Shown piece after piece: positions 33,043 through 44,293 of a stretch of 64,000 nucleotides of DNA. The stretch lies in NCBI RefSeq assembly GCF_024502345.1, contig NZ_JALDNN010000001.1; one strand, written 5' to 3'. A model generated the notes under the pieces. That model searched no databases. It saw only the letters and a program-made list of their open reading frames with translations, and was not told where the DNA came from. Origin of the DNA: Escherichia coli (GTDB lineage Bacteria; Pseudomonadota; Gammaproteobacteria; Enterobacterales; Enterobacteriaceae). A program made the position numbers and the translations under genes. Position 1 is the first letter of the stretch, and every line of letters starts with the position of its first letter.

Positions 33043-34059
33043 TTAATCATCCGGCGTCAGTTCGCCGCGCAGGTTTTGGCTCATGGCCTTGCGAATGGTT
33101 TCAGTATCCAGTTCCTGGCTCAGCAGGTAATGCAGTTTGGTTAGCGTGGCTTCTACAGTCATATCTGCACCGCCAATAACGCCGGCATGGGCGAGGGCGT
33201 TACCGGTGGCATAACCACCCATATTCACTTTACCGGACATACATTGTGTCAGGTTGACCACCACAATACCGCGATCGCTGGCTTCTTGTAATTCCTGCAG
33301 GAAGGCTTTGTTTTGTGGCGCATTACCCACGCCATAGGAGCGCAGAATCAATGCTTTCACCGGTTGGCGCAGAAAATTGCGCACGACATCAGCAGAAATC
33401 CCCGGATAAATCGTCACTACGCCAATTGGTTGTGGCGTGATTGGATGAACGATTAATTCCCCTTCACCGTGCGGGGCGGGTGGCGTATTCAAACGACGAA
33501 TATGGATACCAGCTTCCAGTAACGGAGGAAGGTTTGGAGAGGCAAACGCATCAAAACCATCGGCATGGGCTTTGGTAGTGCGGTTGCCGCGATACAATCG
33601 GTTATTGAAAAAGAGCGTTACTTCGTTGATCGGATAATTCGCCGCAACGTACAACGCATTCAGCAGATTAATTTGTCCGTCAGAGCGTAACTCAGCCAGC
33701 GGGATTTGTGACCCTGTCACAATGACCGGTTTACCGAGATTCTCGAGCATGAACGACAGCGCAGAGGCGGTATACGCCATCGTGTCGGTACCGTGTAGAA
33801 TGACAAAACCATCATAGTCGTCATAGTGCGCTTTAATATCTTCAGCAATATGCTGCCAGTCTTCCGGCGTCATATCAGAAGAATCCATCAACGGCGTATA
33901 TTCATGAATGGTGAAATCTGGCATCTCCGGGCGATGGAATTCCGGCATCAGCGCCAGTTGGCGTTGTAGATGACCTGACACCGGAATATAACCCTGCTCG
34001 GAACGCTGCATCCCGATGGTCCCGCCCGTGTAGGCGACGTAAATTGATTTCTTTTGCAT
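33043..34059 (-). CDS. ansA: cytoplasmic L-asparaginase 1
   Basis: 338-aa ORF MQKKSIYVAYTGGTIGMQRS... Confidence 0.95.
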   Translation of the reverse strand: MQKKSIYVAYTGGTIGMQRSEQGYIPVSGHLQRQLALMPEFHRPEMPDFTIHEYTPLMDSSDMTPEDWQHIAEDIKAHYDDYDGFVILHGTDTMAYTASALSFMLENLGKPVIVTGSQIPLAELRSDGQINLLNALYVAANYPINEVTLFFNNRLYRGNRTTKAHADGFDAFASPNLPPLLEAGIHIRRLNTPPAPHGEGELIVHPITPQPIGVVTIYPGISADVVRNFLRQPVKALILRSYGVGNAPQNKAFLQELQEASDRGIVVVNLTQCMSGKVNMGGYATGNALAHAGVIGGADMTVEATLTKLHYLLSQELDTETIRKAMSQNLRGELTPDD

Positions 34060-34179
34060 GATATTGATATGAATGATATCGAAAGAGCAAAAGTATATAC
34101 GTGAGGCAGGAGGAGCGCACCTGATACTATGCGGATAAGGAAATATGGGGCGAGACAGCGGGAAGAGGATTCGTCGAGG

Positions 34180-34213
34180 TAAAAAATAATGTGGCCGACG
34201 ATCTGTCGGCCAC
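34180..34213 (-). terminator. rho-independent terminator of sppA
   Basis: gtggccgaca gatcg tcggccac preceded on + strand by A-run (T-run on - strand). Confidence 0.65.
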
Positions 34214-34225
34214 TCAGTACAAGAC

Positions 34226-36082
34226 TTAACGCACGTTGGCGCAGGTCAGGCAAAACGCATAACGGTTTTGTGGGTCGTTAAACGCGGCCAGCTTGTCGCT
34301 TTCACTTTTAACGGTAGAGGCTACCGAGGCAAGCGGTGCAGGTAATATGGCCTGGAACGCATCTGGCAAAATTGCCCGGACAGAACCAGACATGTTGTCC
34401 ATCACTTTGTCGAAGAAGGTCGGTTCATCAACGTAGTATTCCAGATGCCACTGTTTCACTTTTGCGAGCTCTGCTGCTTTGGCAACCGCATCATCGAAAT
34501 CCCCGAGACTATCGACCAGCCCGTTAGCTTTTGCATCCTGACCGGTCCAGACGTGGCCCTGGGCGATTTTATCAATTTGCTCCGGCGTCGAATGACGCGC
34601 ATCAGCAACCAGCGTGATAAAGCGTTTATAGCCATTCTCAATGCTTAATTGCATCATCTGCTGCGCTTCCGGCGGCAGTGCCCTGGTGATAGAAACATCC
34701 GCCAGCGGTGAAGTTGAGACACCATCAGTATGAACACCAATCGAATCCAGACTATTTTCTACGGTGGTGATCACGCCGAAGATACCGATAGAACCGGTCA
34801 GGGTGCTGGGGTTAGCCACAATGTAATTAGCTGGCGTGGAAATCCAGTAACCACCAGATGCCGCCATGCCGCCCATCGATACAACCACAGGCTTACCCGC
34901 TGCCCGGGCTGCTGCCAGTTCAGCGCGAATCACTTCAGACGCGGTAACGCTGCCGCCTGGGCTATTAACACGCAGGACAATCGCTTTCACTTTCGGGTCA
35001 AGGCGAGCGTCGCGGATTTGTGCCGCAGTGGTATCACCGCCAACATTCCCCTGAGTTTCCTCGCCATCCATAATTGCGCCATTAGCGAAGACGACACCGA
35101 TGCTGTCACCGGTATCTGCCGGCGTTTTCAATGCGTAATCGTAATAACTGATGGCGCGATAATTTTTATCAGTCTTACTCCAGCCGAACTCTTTGGTCAG
35201 AGCTTTTTCGATTTCGGCACTCGATGCCAGTGCATCGACCAGCTTGTTTTCCAGTGCATATTTCGCGGTATCGCCACCGGTTTTGGTTAAACCCTCAAGC
35301 AACCCTTGCGCGCCAGGGAATACCTGCTGAGCAGGGATCTGCCGGTTAGCGGCAACAGTATTCAGATAGTTTTGCCACAGCTCACCAATCCAGCGGCTGT
35401 CAGCTTCGCGGGCTGCCGGTGACATGTCATCACGAATAAACGGTTCAACGGCAGATTTATACGTACCCACGCGGAACACATGGGTGGAAACTTTCAGCTT
35501 ATCCAGCAACGATTTGTAGTACAGACCGTTGGTAGCAAAACCGTGCAAATCCACCACGCCTTGCGGTGACAGCCAAATTTTATTGGCGAAACTGGCGAGA
35601 TAATATTGCCCCTGGCTGTAGTTCTCGCCAACGGCATAAACCGGTTTCCCGCTGTCACGAAACTCTTTCAGGGCTTTGCCGATGTACTGCATAGACGGCT
35701 GGTCGCCGCCTGCGAAGTTTTTCAGATCCATCACGATACCGGTGATATTGCGGTCGTCCTTCGCCTGGCGAATGGTGTTGACGATATCAAACAGTGAGTT
35801 TTCCTGCAGACGATCGGAACTGGCACCAAGCAGCTGGCGGCTTAATTTACTAAACCGCTGAGAACTGTCGGGTTTATCGACGATCACACCAGAAATGTCC
35901 AGCAGCAGTGCGCCACGACTGGCCGTTTCTTTCGAATCACCACCACTGACCTGCATCCAGATCCCCACACCAACCAGTACGAGGAAAATAAAGAACAGGT
36001 TAAGTACCATTTCACGGACGAAATTCAGCAGACGCCACGTCCATTTAAAAAATCCGGCAATAAATCGCCAAAGGGTTCGCAT
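34226..36082 (-). CDS. sppA: signal peptide peptidase A (protease IV)
   Basis: 618 aa from [21 protein letters not shown]...; ORF-track start at 36226 is a 48-codon upstream extension. Confidence 0.92.
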   Translation of the reverse strand: MRTLWRFIAGFFKWTWRLLNFVREMVLNLFFIFLVLVGVGIWMQVSGGDSKETASRGALLLDISGVIVDKPDSSQRFSKLSRQLLGASSDRLQENSLFDIVNTIRQAKDDRNITGIVMDLKNFAGGDQPSMQYIGKALKEFRDSGKPVYAVGENYSQGQYYLASFANKIWLSPQGVVDLHGFATNGLYYKSLLDKLKVSTHVFRVGTYKSAVEPFIRDDMSPAAREADSRWIGELWQNYLNTVAANRQIPAQQVFPGAQGLLEGLTKTGGDTAKYALENKLVDALASSAEIEKALTKEFGWSKTDKNYRAISYYDYALKTPADTGDSIGVVFANGAIMDGEETQGNVGGDTTAAQIRDARLDPKVKAIVLRVNSPGGSVTASEVIRAELAAARAAGKPVVVSMGGMAASGGYWISTPANYIVANPSTLTGSIGIFGVITTVENSLDSIGVHTDGVSTSPLADVSITRALPPEAQQMMQLSIENGYKRFITLVADARHSTPEQIDKIAQGHVWTGQDAKANGLVDSLGDFDDAVAKAAELAKVKQWHLEYYVDEPTFFDKVMDNMSGSVRAILPDAFQAILPAPLASVASTVKSESDKLAAFNDPQNRYAFCLTCANVR

Positions 36083-36242
36083 GTATTCTCCCAACTTAAG
36101 GTCACACCTGTCACAGGCGCAATAGATGTGGTTATCGTAATGACCCAACCGGCACTTGTCAGCAGGAATTGCGGACTGTGCTGTAACAAAATCCACTCTC
36201 GTGTTAATTTTGTGAATAAATCTCACGACAGGAGTTAATCAA

Positions 36243-36794
36243 ATGGATGCACTCGAACTATTGATCAATCGCCGTAGCGCCTCCCGCCTGGCTGAACCCG
36301 CACCAACGGGTGAACAACTGCAAAACATCCTGCGTGCGGGTATGCGCGCGCCGGACCATAAGTCCATGCAACCGTGGCATTTTTTTGTGATTGAAGGGGA
36401 AGGGCGCGAGCGTTTCAGCGCCGTACTGGAACAGGGGGCGATTGCTGCCGGTAGTGATGACAAAGCTATCGACAAAGCCCGTAATGCGCCGTTCCGCGCA
36501 CCGCTCATCATCACGGTGGTGGCGAAATGCGAAGAAAATCATAAAGTCCCGCGATGGGAACAGGAAATGTCTGCCGGATGCGCGGTCATGGCGATGCAAA
36601 TGGCAGCCGTTGCCCAGGGATTTGGCGGCATCTGGCGCAGTGGCGCATTAACTGAAAGTCCGGTAGTGCGTGAAGCATTCGGTTGCCGTGAGCAGGATAA
36701 AATTGTCGGTTTTCTCTACCTCGGCACGCCGCAGTTGAAAGCATCTACGTCGATTAACGTCCCGGACCCGACGCCGTTTGTAACTTATTTCTGA
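36243..36794 (+). CDS. ydjA: NAD(P)H nitroreductase
   Basis: 183-aa ORF. Confidence 0.9.
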   Translation: MDALELLINRRSASRLAEPAPTGEQLQNILRAGMRAPDHKSMQPWHFFVIEGEGRERFSAVLEQGAIAAGSDDKAIDKARNAPFRAPLIITVVAKCEENHKVPRWEQEMSAGCAVMAMQMAAVAQGFGGIWRSGALTESPVVREAFGCREQDKIVGFLYLGTPQLKASTSINVPDPTPFVTYF

Positions 36795-36910
36795 TAATTG
36801 TCGCGAAACTGTCTGGATTGTGAGCAAAGGCGCAGGAATTCAGAGACTCTCACTTATCACTTCACGGAATGAGGGTTACCATACCCGGATTGCATTGACA
36901 GGAGATGTCC

Positions 36911-37954
36911 ATGAGCGAGAACTCGATTCGTTTGACCCAATACAGCCACGGAGCTGGTTGCGGCTGTAAAATTTCCCCAAAAGTGTTGGAAACCATCCTG
37001 CACAGTGAGCAGGCGAAGTTTGTTGATCCGAATTTGCTTGTGGGTAATGAAACCCGCGACGATGCGGCGGTGTACGATCTGGGCAATGGCACCAGCGTTA
37101 TCAGTACCACCGACTTCTTTATGCCGATCGTTGATAATCCTTTCGATTTTGGCCGCATTGCGGCGACTAACGCCATCAGCGATATCTTCGCGATGGGGGG
37201 CAAACCGATTATGGCGATTGCGATCCTCGGCTGGCCGATTAACAAACTTTCCCCAGAAATTGCCCGCGAAGTAACCGAAGGTGGACGCTATGCATGCCGT
37301 CAGGCGGGTATTGCGCTGGCTGGCGGTCACTCCATCGATGCGCCGGAGCCGATTTTTGGTCTGGCGGTAACGGGGATCGTACCGACCGAGCGGGTGAAGA
37401 AAAACAGTACCGCACAAGCCGGATGCAAACTGTTCCTGACGAAACCGCTGGGGATCGGCGTTCTTACCACGGCTGAGAAAAAATCACTGTTGAAACCAGA
37501 ACATCAGGGACTGGCGACGGAAGTGATGTGCCGGATGAACATCGCAGGTGCGTCCTTTGCCAACATCGAAGGCGTAAAAGCGATGACCGACGTTACTGGT
37601 TTTGGTCTGCTGGGCCATTTGAGCGAAATGTGTCAGGGCGCAGGTGTGCAGGCGCGCGTTGACTATGACGCGATCCCAAAATTGCCGGGGGTTGAAGAGT
37701 ACATTAAGTTGGGCGCAGTGCCTGGCGGCACCGAACGTAACTTTGCCAGCTACGGTCATCTGATGGGTGAAATGCCGCGTGAAGTGCGCGATTTGCTGTG
37801 CGATCCGCAAACTTCTGGCGGTTTGCTGCTGGCGGTCATGCCGGAAGCAGAAAATGAGGTTAAAGCTACAGCCGCCGAGTTTGGCATTGAACTGACGGCG
37901 ATTGGCGAACTGGTGCCAGCGCGCGGCGGTCGTGCCATGGTTGAGATCCGTTAA
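36911..37954 (+). CDS. selD: selenide, water dikinase
   Basis: 347 aa from [20 protein letters not shown]... Confidence 0.95.
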
Positions 37955-37958
37955 TTCA

Positions 37959-39920
37959 ATGCGGTTGTTTATTGCCGAAAAACCGAGTCTGGCGCGCGCC
38001 ATTGCTGATGTCCTGCCCAAACCGCACCGTAAAGGCGATGGCTTTATCGAGTGCGGTAATGGTCAGGTGGTGACCTGGTGTATCGGTCACCTGCTTGAGC
38101 AGGCGCAGCCAGACGCCTACGACAGCCGCTATGCGCGCTGGAATCTTGCGGATTTGCCGATTGTCCCGGAAAAGTGGCAATTACAGCCCCGACCCTCCGT
38201 GATCAAACAACTTAACGTCATCAAACGGTACCTGCATGAAGCCAGCGAAATCGTTCACGCCGGGGACCCGGATCGCGAAGGGCAACTGCTGGTGGATGAA
38301 GTGCTGGACTATCTGCAACTGGCACCGGAAAAGCGCCAGCAGGTGCAGCGTTGCTTGATAAACGACCTGAACCCGCAGGCGGTTGAGCGGGCGATCGACC
38401 GTCTTCGTTCCAACAGTGAGTTTGTACCGCTGTGCGTTTCTGCGCTGGCGCGAGCGCGTGCCGACTGGCTGTACGGCATCAATATGACCCGTGCGTATAC
38501 TATTCTCGGTCGCAATGCCGGTTATCAGGGCGTGCTTTCCGTGGGACGCGTGCAGACACCCGTGCTCGGGCTGGTGGTGCGCCGCGATGAAGAGATTGAA
38601 AACTTCGTGGCGAAAGACTTCTTTGAAGTCAAAGCGCATATCGTGACACCTGCCGATGAGCGGTTTACCGCTATCTGGCAACCGAGCGAAGCGTGTGAAC
38701 CGTACCAGGATGAAGAAGGGCGCTTGTTACATCGTCCACTGGCGGAGCATGTGGTTAACCGCATTAGTGGTCAACCGGCTATTGTCACCAGCTATAACGA
38801 TAAACGGGAATCAGAATCCGCGCCGCTGCCTTTTTCGCTTTCGGCGTTGCAGATTGAAGCGGCAAAACGTTTTGGTCTGAGTGCGCAGAACGTGCTTGAT
38901 ATCTGTCAGAAACTGTACGAAACGCACAAGCTAATCACTTATCCGCGTTCTGATTGTCGCTATTTGCCAGAAGAACATTTTGCCGGACGCCACGCGGTGA
39001 TGAATGCCATCAGCGTTCATGCACCGGATCTGTTGCCACAGCCAGTGGTAGATCCAGATATACGCAACCGCTGTTGGGATGACAAAAAGGTCGATGCGCA
39101 CCACGCCATCATTCCGACCGCACGGAGTTCTGCGATCAACCTGACGGAGAACGAAGCGAAGGTCTATAACCTGATTGCCCGTCAGTACTTGATGCAGTTC
39201 TGCCCGGATGCGGTGTTCCGCAAGTGTGTTATCGAACTGGACATTGCCAAAGGCAAATTTGTCGCTAAAGCGCGTTTTCTTGCTGAAGCAGGTTGGCGCG
39301 CGCTGTTAGGCAGCAAAGAGCGCGATGAAGAAAACGACGGCACGCCATTGCCTGTGGTGGCGAAAGGCGATGAGTTGCTGTGTGAAAAAGGTGAAGTGGT
39401 AGAGCGGCAAACCCAGCCGCCGCGCCATTTTACCGATGCAACACTGCTTTCGGCGATGACCGGGATCGCGCGCTTTGTGCAGGACAAAGATCTGAAAAAG
39501 ATCCTTCGTGCGACCGATGGTCTGGGGACAGAAGCAACGCGTGCCGGGATTATTGAACTGTTGTTCAAGCGTGGTTTCCTCACCAAAAAAGGGCGCTATA
39601 TCCACTCCACCGACGCCGGAAAAGCGTTATTCCATTCGCTGCCAGAAATGGCTACGCGACCGGACATGACCGCGCACTGGGAATCGGTGCTGACGCAAAT
39701 CAGCGAAAAGCAGTGTCGCTATCAGGACTTTATGCAGCCGCTGGTGGGGACGCTATATCAGCTTATTGATCAAGCCAAACGTACTCCGGTGCGGCAGTTT
39801 CGCGGCATTGTGGCTCCGGGCAGTGGTGGCAGTGCTGATAAGAAAAAGGCTGCACCGCGTAAACGTAGTGCGAAAAAAAGTCCGCCAGCAGATGAAGCCG
39901 GAAGCGGGGCGATAGCGTAA
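37959..39920 (+). CDS. topB: DNA topoisomerase III
   Basis: 653 aa from [19 protein letters not shown]...; starts 4 bp after selD stop. Confidence 0.95.
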   Translation: MRLFIAEKPSLARAIADVLPKPHRKGDGFIECGNGQVVTWCIGHLLEQAQPDAYDSRYARWNLADLPIVPEKWQLQPRPSVIKQLNVIKRYLHEASEIVHAGDPDREGQLLVDEVLDYLQLAPEKRQQVQRCLINDLNPQAVERAIDRLRSNSEFVPLCVSALARARADWLYGINMTRAYTILGRNAGYQGVLSVGRVQTPVLGLVVRRDEEIENFVAKDFFEVKAHIVTPADERFTAIWQPSEACEPYQDEEGRLLHRPLAEHVVNRISGQPAIVTSYNDKRESESAPLPFSLSALQIEAAKRFGLSAQNVLDICQKLYETHKLITYPRSDCRYLPEEHFAGRHAVMNAISVHAPDLLPQPVVDPDIRNRCWDDKKVDAHHAIIPTARSSAINLTENEAKVYNLIARQYLMQFCPDAVFRKCVIELDIAKGKFVAKARFLAEAGWRALLGSKERDEENDGTPLPVVAKGDELLCEKGEVVERQTQPPRHFTDATLLSAMTGIARFVQDKDLKKILRATDGLGTEATRAGIIELLFKRGFLTKKGRYIHSTDAGKALFHSLPEMATRPDMTAHWESVLTQISEKQCRYQDFMQPLVGTLYQLIDQAKRTPVRQFRGIVAPGSGGSADKKKAAPRKRSAKKSPPADEAGSGAIA

Positions 39921-39960
39921 GCGAGCGAATCTTTCGTGCTATTCGAGTTATATTCTGAAA

Positions 39961-39999
39961 TATCCAGCGGATCAAGAAAATTCGTTGGATATTTTTTTT
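39961..39999 (+). terminator. rho-independent terminator after topB
   Basis: atccagcg ... cgttggat stem (one mismatch) followed by T8. Confidence 0.6.
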
Positions 40000-40047
40000 G
40001 CATGGATAAAATTATCGCCTCTAAAGTACGTAATAACAGGGAATGTG

Positions 40048-41036
40048 ATGAAAAAAGTTTTATTACAAAACCATCCTGGGAGCGAGAAGTATTCTTTTAA
40101 TGGCTGGGAAATATTTAATAGTAATTTTGAACGGATGATTAAAGAAAATAAGGCCATGCTGCTTTGTAAGTGGGGGGGGGGTATTTAACATGTGTTGTCG
40201 CTGTAATGTTTGTATTCGCAGCGATAACATCCAACGGTTTGAATGAAAGAGGCCTGATTACCGCGGGATGCTCATTTCTTTATCTATTAATTATGATGGG
40301 GCTTATTGTTCGGGCCGGTTTTAAAGCAAAAAAAGAACAGCTGCATTATTATCAGGCTAAAGGTATTGAGCCGCTCAGTATCGAGAAATTACAGGCGCTA
40401 CAATTGATCACACCTTATCGATTCTATCATAAGCAATGGTCTGAAACGCTGGAGTTCTGGCCGCGAAAGCCTGAACCTGGCAAAGATACCTTCCAATATC
40501 ATGTGCTTCCTTTTTACTCGATCGATATCATAAGTAAAAGACGCGAGTCTTTAGAGGATCAATGGGGTATCGAAGATAGCGAAAGTTATTGTGCCTTAAT
40601 GGAGCATTTTCTTTCTGGCGACCATGGAGCCAATACCTTTAAAGCAAACATGGAGGAAGCCCCAGAGCAGGTTATCGCCTTGTTGAATAAATTTGCTGTT
40701 TTTCCCTCTGACTATATCTCTGATTGCGCTAATCATAGCTCCGGTAAATCCTCGGCGAAGCTAATATGGGCGGCGGAATTATCATGGATGACCTCGATAT
40801 CAAGCACAGCTTTTCAAAACGGGACAATTGAAGAAGAACTGGCCTGGCATTATATAATGCTTGCTTCTCGAAAGGCGCACGAGTTGTTCGAAAGCGAAGA
40901 AGATTATCAAAAAAATAGTCTAATGGGATTTCTTTACTGGCATATCTGCTGCTATCGCAGAAAGTTAACGGATGCTGAACTTGAAGCGTGTTATCGTTAC
41001 GACAAGCAGTTTTGGGTGATGCTGCCAACTTACTGA
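40048..41036 (+). pseudogene. ynjI: DUF1266 inner membrane protein gene, disrupted twice (poly-G frameshift and IS1 insertion near 3-prime end)
   Basis: Frame from ATG 40048 (MKKVLLQNHPGSEKYS...CKW) stops at 40188; downstream ORF 40170..41036 is in a different frame; the two join in-frame if the G10 run were G8 or G11; last 6 codons lie inside the IS1 inverted repeat. Confidence 0.75.
40172..40181 (+). repeat. G10 homopolymer tract inside ynjI
   Basis: Ten consecutive G read directly at 40172..40181. Confidence 0.95.
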
Positions 41037-41069
41037 TTTAGTGTATGATGGTGTTTTTGAGGTGCTCCA

Positions 41070-41345
41070 GTGGCTTCTGTTTCTATCAGCTGTCCCTCCT
41101 GTTCAGCTACTGACGGGGTGGTGCGTAACGGCAAAAGCACCGCCGGACATCAGCGCTATCTCTGCTCTCACTGCCGTAAAACATGGCAACTGCAGTTCAC
41201 TTACACCGCTTCTCAACCCGGTACGCACCAGAAAATCATTGATATGGCCATGAATGGCGTTGGATGCCGGGCAACCGCCCGAATTATGGGCGTTGGCCTC
41301 AACACGATTTTCCGCCATTTAAAAAACTCAGGCCGCAGTCGGTAA
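41070..41345 (+). CDS. insA: IS1 InsA
   Basis: 91-aa [46 protein letters not shown]... Confidence 0.93.
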   Translation: MASVSISCPSCSATDGVVRNGKSTAGHQRYLCSHCRKTWQLQFTYTASQPGTHQKIIDMAMNGVGCRATARIMGVGLNTIFRHLKNSGRSR

Positions 41346-41767
41346 CCTCGCGCATACAGCCGGGCAGTGACGTCATCGTCTGCGCGGAAATGGACGAACA
41401 GTGGGGATACGTCGGGGCTAAATCGCGCCAGCGCTGGCTGTTTTACGCGTATGACAGGCTCCGGAAGACGGTTGTTGCGCACGTATTCGGTGAACGCACT
41501 ATGGCGACGCTGGGGCGTCTTATGAGCCTGCTGTCACCCTTTGACGTGGTGATATGGATGACGGATGGCTGGCCGCTGTATGAATCCCGCCTGAAGGGAA
41601 AGCTGCACGTAATCAGCAAGCGATATACGCAGCGAATTGAGCGGCATAACCTGAATCTGAGGCAGCACCTGGCACGGCTGGGACGGAAGTCGCTGTCGTT
41701 CTCAAAATCGGTGGAGCTGCATGACAAAGTCATCGGGCATTATCTGAACATAAAACACTATCAATAA
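41264..41767 (+). CDS. insB: IS1 insB frame; expressed as InsAB' transposase by -1 frameshift from insA
   Basis: 167-aa ORF in -1 frame relative to insA. Confidence 0.88.
   Translation: MPGNRPNYGRWPQHDFPPFKKLRPQSVTSRIQPGSDVIVCAEMDEQWGYVGAKSRQRWLFYAYDRLRKTVVAHVFGERTMATLGRLMSLLSPFDVVIWMTDGWPLYESRLKGKLHVISKRYTQRIERHNLNLRQHLARLGRKSLSFSKSVELHDKVIGHYLNIKHYQ
41321..41327 (+). promoter_or_regulatory. A6C programmed -1 ribosomal frameshift motif of IS1
   Basis: AAAAAAC at insA/insB frame overlap; insA reads LKNSGRSR*, -1 frame reads KKLRPQSV... Confidence 0.8.
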
Positions 41768-41880
41768 GTTGGAGTCATTACCCAGTTTTGGGAGCACTAC
41801 AGTAAGAAATGCCGTTGGCCCATAAGAAATGTTCCCTGGGGAGCATCATCCGTTAAATACTCATAAACGCCTGAAATTTT

Positions 41881-41974
41881 GCCGGGGGCGCTGCGCTTGC
41901 CCGGCCTACATTAGAGCGTAACTGCAATGAATTGTGCCCATTTGTAGGCCTGATAAGCGTAGCGCCATCAGGCA
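41881..41974. repeat. BIME: two inverted REP elements
   Basis: gccgggggcgctgcgcttgcccggcctaca and tgtaggcctgataagcgtagcgccatcaggc. Confidence 0.7.
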
Positions 41975-41982
41975 TTTACAAC

Positions 41983-43326
41983 TTAAATCACACCCTGCGC
42001 CAGCATCGCATCGGCAACCTTCACAAAACCGGCAATGTTCGCGCCCTGCACGTAGTTGGTTTGCTCACCTTCACCACCATGCTCAACACAGGCATGGTGG
42101 ATATCCAGCATGATGTGATGCAAACGTGCGTCAACTTTCTCGGCTTTCCAGCCCAGGCGCGCAGCGTTTTGCGCCATTTCAAGGCCTGACGTTGCTACAC
42201 CGCCAGCATTAGCCGCTTTACCCGGTGCAAACAGTACGCCTGCCTGCTGGAACAGTTCAGTCGCTTCGATGGTGGTCGGCATATTTGCCCCTTCGGCGAC
42301 GGCTTTAACGCCATTGGCGATAAGCTGATGCGCGGCGTCAACATCCAGTTCGTTCTGGGTAGCGCAAGGCAGGGCGATATCAACCGGTACAGACCACGGC
42401 TGTTGGCCTTCGAGATAGACCAGACCAAATTCTTTGGCGTAATCTGCCACTCGACCATCGCGGCTGGCTTTGATTTCGATAAGACGTGCCAGTTTCTCTT
42501 TCGTGAATCCGCTTTCATCAACTACAGTGCCGCTGGAGTCTGACGCAGTGATCACCCGAGCACCAAATTCCATCGCTTTTTCGATAGCGTACTGGGCGAC
42601 GTTGCCGGAGCCAGAAACGGAAACGCGCATCCCTTCAAAACCCATACCGTGGCGTTTTAGCATTGCTTCTGTGAAATAAACCAGACCGTAGCCGGTAGCT
42701 TCCGGGCGAATAAGACTGCCGCCAAATGAAAGGCCCTTACCGGTGAAGACGCAGGCGGTATTGTTGGAGAGCTTTTTCATCATCCCCGCCATAAAGCCGA
42801 CTTCACGACCACCAACCCCGATATCACCTGCCGGAACGTCGGTATCCGCGCCCAGGTGGCGATACAGTTCAGTCATCAGCGCCTGGCAAAAACGCATCAC
42901 TTCACCTTCGCTTTTTCCTTTTGGATCGAAATCGCTGCCGCCTTTACCACCGCCCATCGGCAGAGTAGTCAGGGCATTTTTGAAGGTTTGTTCGAAGCCG
43001 AGGAATTTAAGAATGGAGAGGTTAACTGACGGATGGAAACGCATACCGCCTTTGTACGGGCCGATGGCAGAGCTGAACTGCACACGCCATGCACGGTTGA
43101 CCTGTACCTGATTGCGATCATCAACCCATACCACGCGAAACTGGATCACGCGCTCCGGTTCAACCAGACGCTCCAGTAATGACATCTGGCGATATTTTGG
43201 ATTTTGTTCAAGAAAAGGCCAGAGTGTGGTCATTACTTCACGAACGGCTTGCGCGAACTCGGTTTGATTCGGGTCGCGCTTTTGGACATGGTTGAGGAAT
43301 GACTCCAGAGAATATGTCTGATCCAT
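41983..43326 (-). CDS. gdhA: NADP-specific glutamate dehydrogenase
   Basis: 447-aa ORF MDQTYSLESFLNHVQKRDP... Confidence 0.97.
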   Translation of the reverse strand: MDQTYSLESFLNHVQKRDPNQTEFAQAVREVMTTLWPFLEQNPKYRQMSLLERLVEPERVIQFRVVWVDDRNQVQVNRAWRVQFSSAIGPYKGGMRFHPSVNLSILKFLGFEQTFKNALTTLPMGGGKGGSDFDPKGKSEGEVMRFCQALMTELYRHLGADTDVPAGDIGVGGREVGFMAGMMKKLSNNTACVFTGKGLSFGGSLIRPEATGYGLVYFTEAMLKRHGMGFEGMRVSVSGSGNVAQYAIEKAMEFGARVITASDSSGTVVDESGFTKEKLARLIEIKASRDGRVADYAKEFGLVYLEGQQPWSVPVDIALPCATQNELDVDAAHQLIANGVKAVAEGANMPTTIEATELFQQAGVLFAPGKAANAGGVATSGLEMAQNAARLGWKAEKVDARLHHIMLDIHHACVEHGGEGEQTNYVQGANIAGFVKVADAMLAQGVI

Positions 43327-43561
43327 AGATATAAAACCCTTATATATTAATACGATTGTGCTTATGTTGTTTATGTGATGTGCTTTTGCAGTTTTCGACT
43401 ATACCATCAAGAATGTGACGGTAAGCAAGAAAAAAATGACCCAGGAAAGCAAATTAATAACGAGAGTAATCTCATAACCAAATGCGATAACTCAGACGCT
43501 AAAGTTTTGCCACCCGGCTACCGTTATCAGTAGCAGAGACAATAACGTTAAGGAGTTCCCT

Positions 43562-43834
43562 GTGAGTCGAGCATTGTTCGCCGTAGTATTAGCATTTCCA
43601 TTAATTGCACTGGCTAACCCGCATTATCGTCCGGACGTGGAGGTAAACGTACCGCCAGAAGTGTTCAGTTCAGGCGGGCAATCAGCGCAGCCCTGTACTC
43701 AGTGCTGCGTTTATCAGGATAAAAATTATTCTGAAGGGGCGGTAATTAAAGCCGAAGGAATACTGCTGCAATGCCAGCGGGATGACAAAACCCTTAGCAC
43801 TAATCCGCTGGTCTGGCGGCGCGTAAAGCCATAA
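43562..43834 (+). CDS. ynjH: DUF1496 secreted protein
   Basis: 90-aa ORF with signal peptide. Confidence 0.8.
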   Translation: MSRALFAVVLAFPLIALANPHYRPDVEVNVPPEVFSSGGQSAQPCTQCCVYQDKNYSEGAVIKAEGILLQCQRDDKTLSTNPLVWRRVKP

Positions 43835-44207
43835 ACGCCTCTAATAATGGAATGTCAGCAGGAGCCAGCGGATATTGCAGCGCCTCTTCAGGTGAGCACC
43901 AGACCAGCGCCTGATGTTCATGTGCCTGTAACGTCCCGTGGAAGTCGGGTACGTGCCAGGCATGAAGATGGATAATCCGCCCCGAAACTTCTCGCTGATG
44001 GCTGGCAACATACTCACCCACAGTTGCTTCGATGCCCAGTTCTTCGCGTAACTCACGCACCAGCGCCTGCCGCTGGCTTTCATCCAGCTCGACTTTACCA
44101 CCGGCAAACTCCCATAATCCCGCCTGATCGCTCTGGGCGGGGCGTTGCGCGAGTAAAATTTTGCCATCACGTTCAATGAGGGCGGCAACAACTTCAATCA
44201 TTTTCAT
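43800..44207 (-). CDS. nudG: Nudix CTP/8-oxo-dGTP pyrophosphohydrolase
   Basis: 135-aa ORF; Nudix box GGKVELDESQRQALVRELREELG. Confidence 0.9.
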   Translation of the reverse strand: MKMIEVVAALIERDGKILLAQRPAQSDQAGLWEFAGGKVELDESQRQALVRELREELGIEATVGEYVASHQREVSGRIIHLHAWHVPDFHGTLQAHEHQALVWCSPEEALQYPLAPADIPLLEAFMALRAARPAD

Positions 44208-44293
44208 AAATTACACACGGGCAGATAAGCGAAAAATGCCATAATATCCGCACTGTTGCTCAATCAGAAAGGCTTTATATTTAAGGAGTGCCT

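Larger units (their letters stand above)
41015..41782 (+). mobile_element. IS1 insertion sequence, complete 768 bp
   Basis: Left end GGTGATGCTGCCAACTTACTGAT, right end ...CAATAAGTTGGAGTCATTACC; 8-bp direct repeat cagttttg at 41007..41014 and 41783..41790. Confidence 0.95.

Noticed and set aside
37484-38020. 178-aa reverse-strand ORF spanning selD-topB junction
   Set aside because: Antisense to two well-supported genes; no start context.
39985-40047. ORF-track start for ynjI 21 codons further upstream (MDIFFAWIKL...)
   Set aside because: Starts inside the topB terminator hairpin with no RBS; the ATG at 40048 has AGGGA 6 nt upstream.
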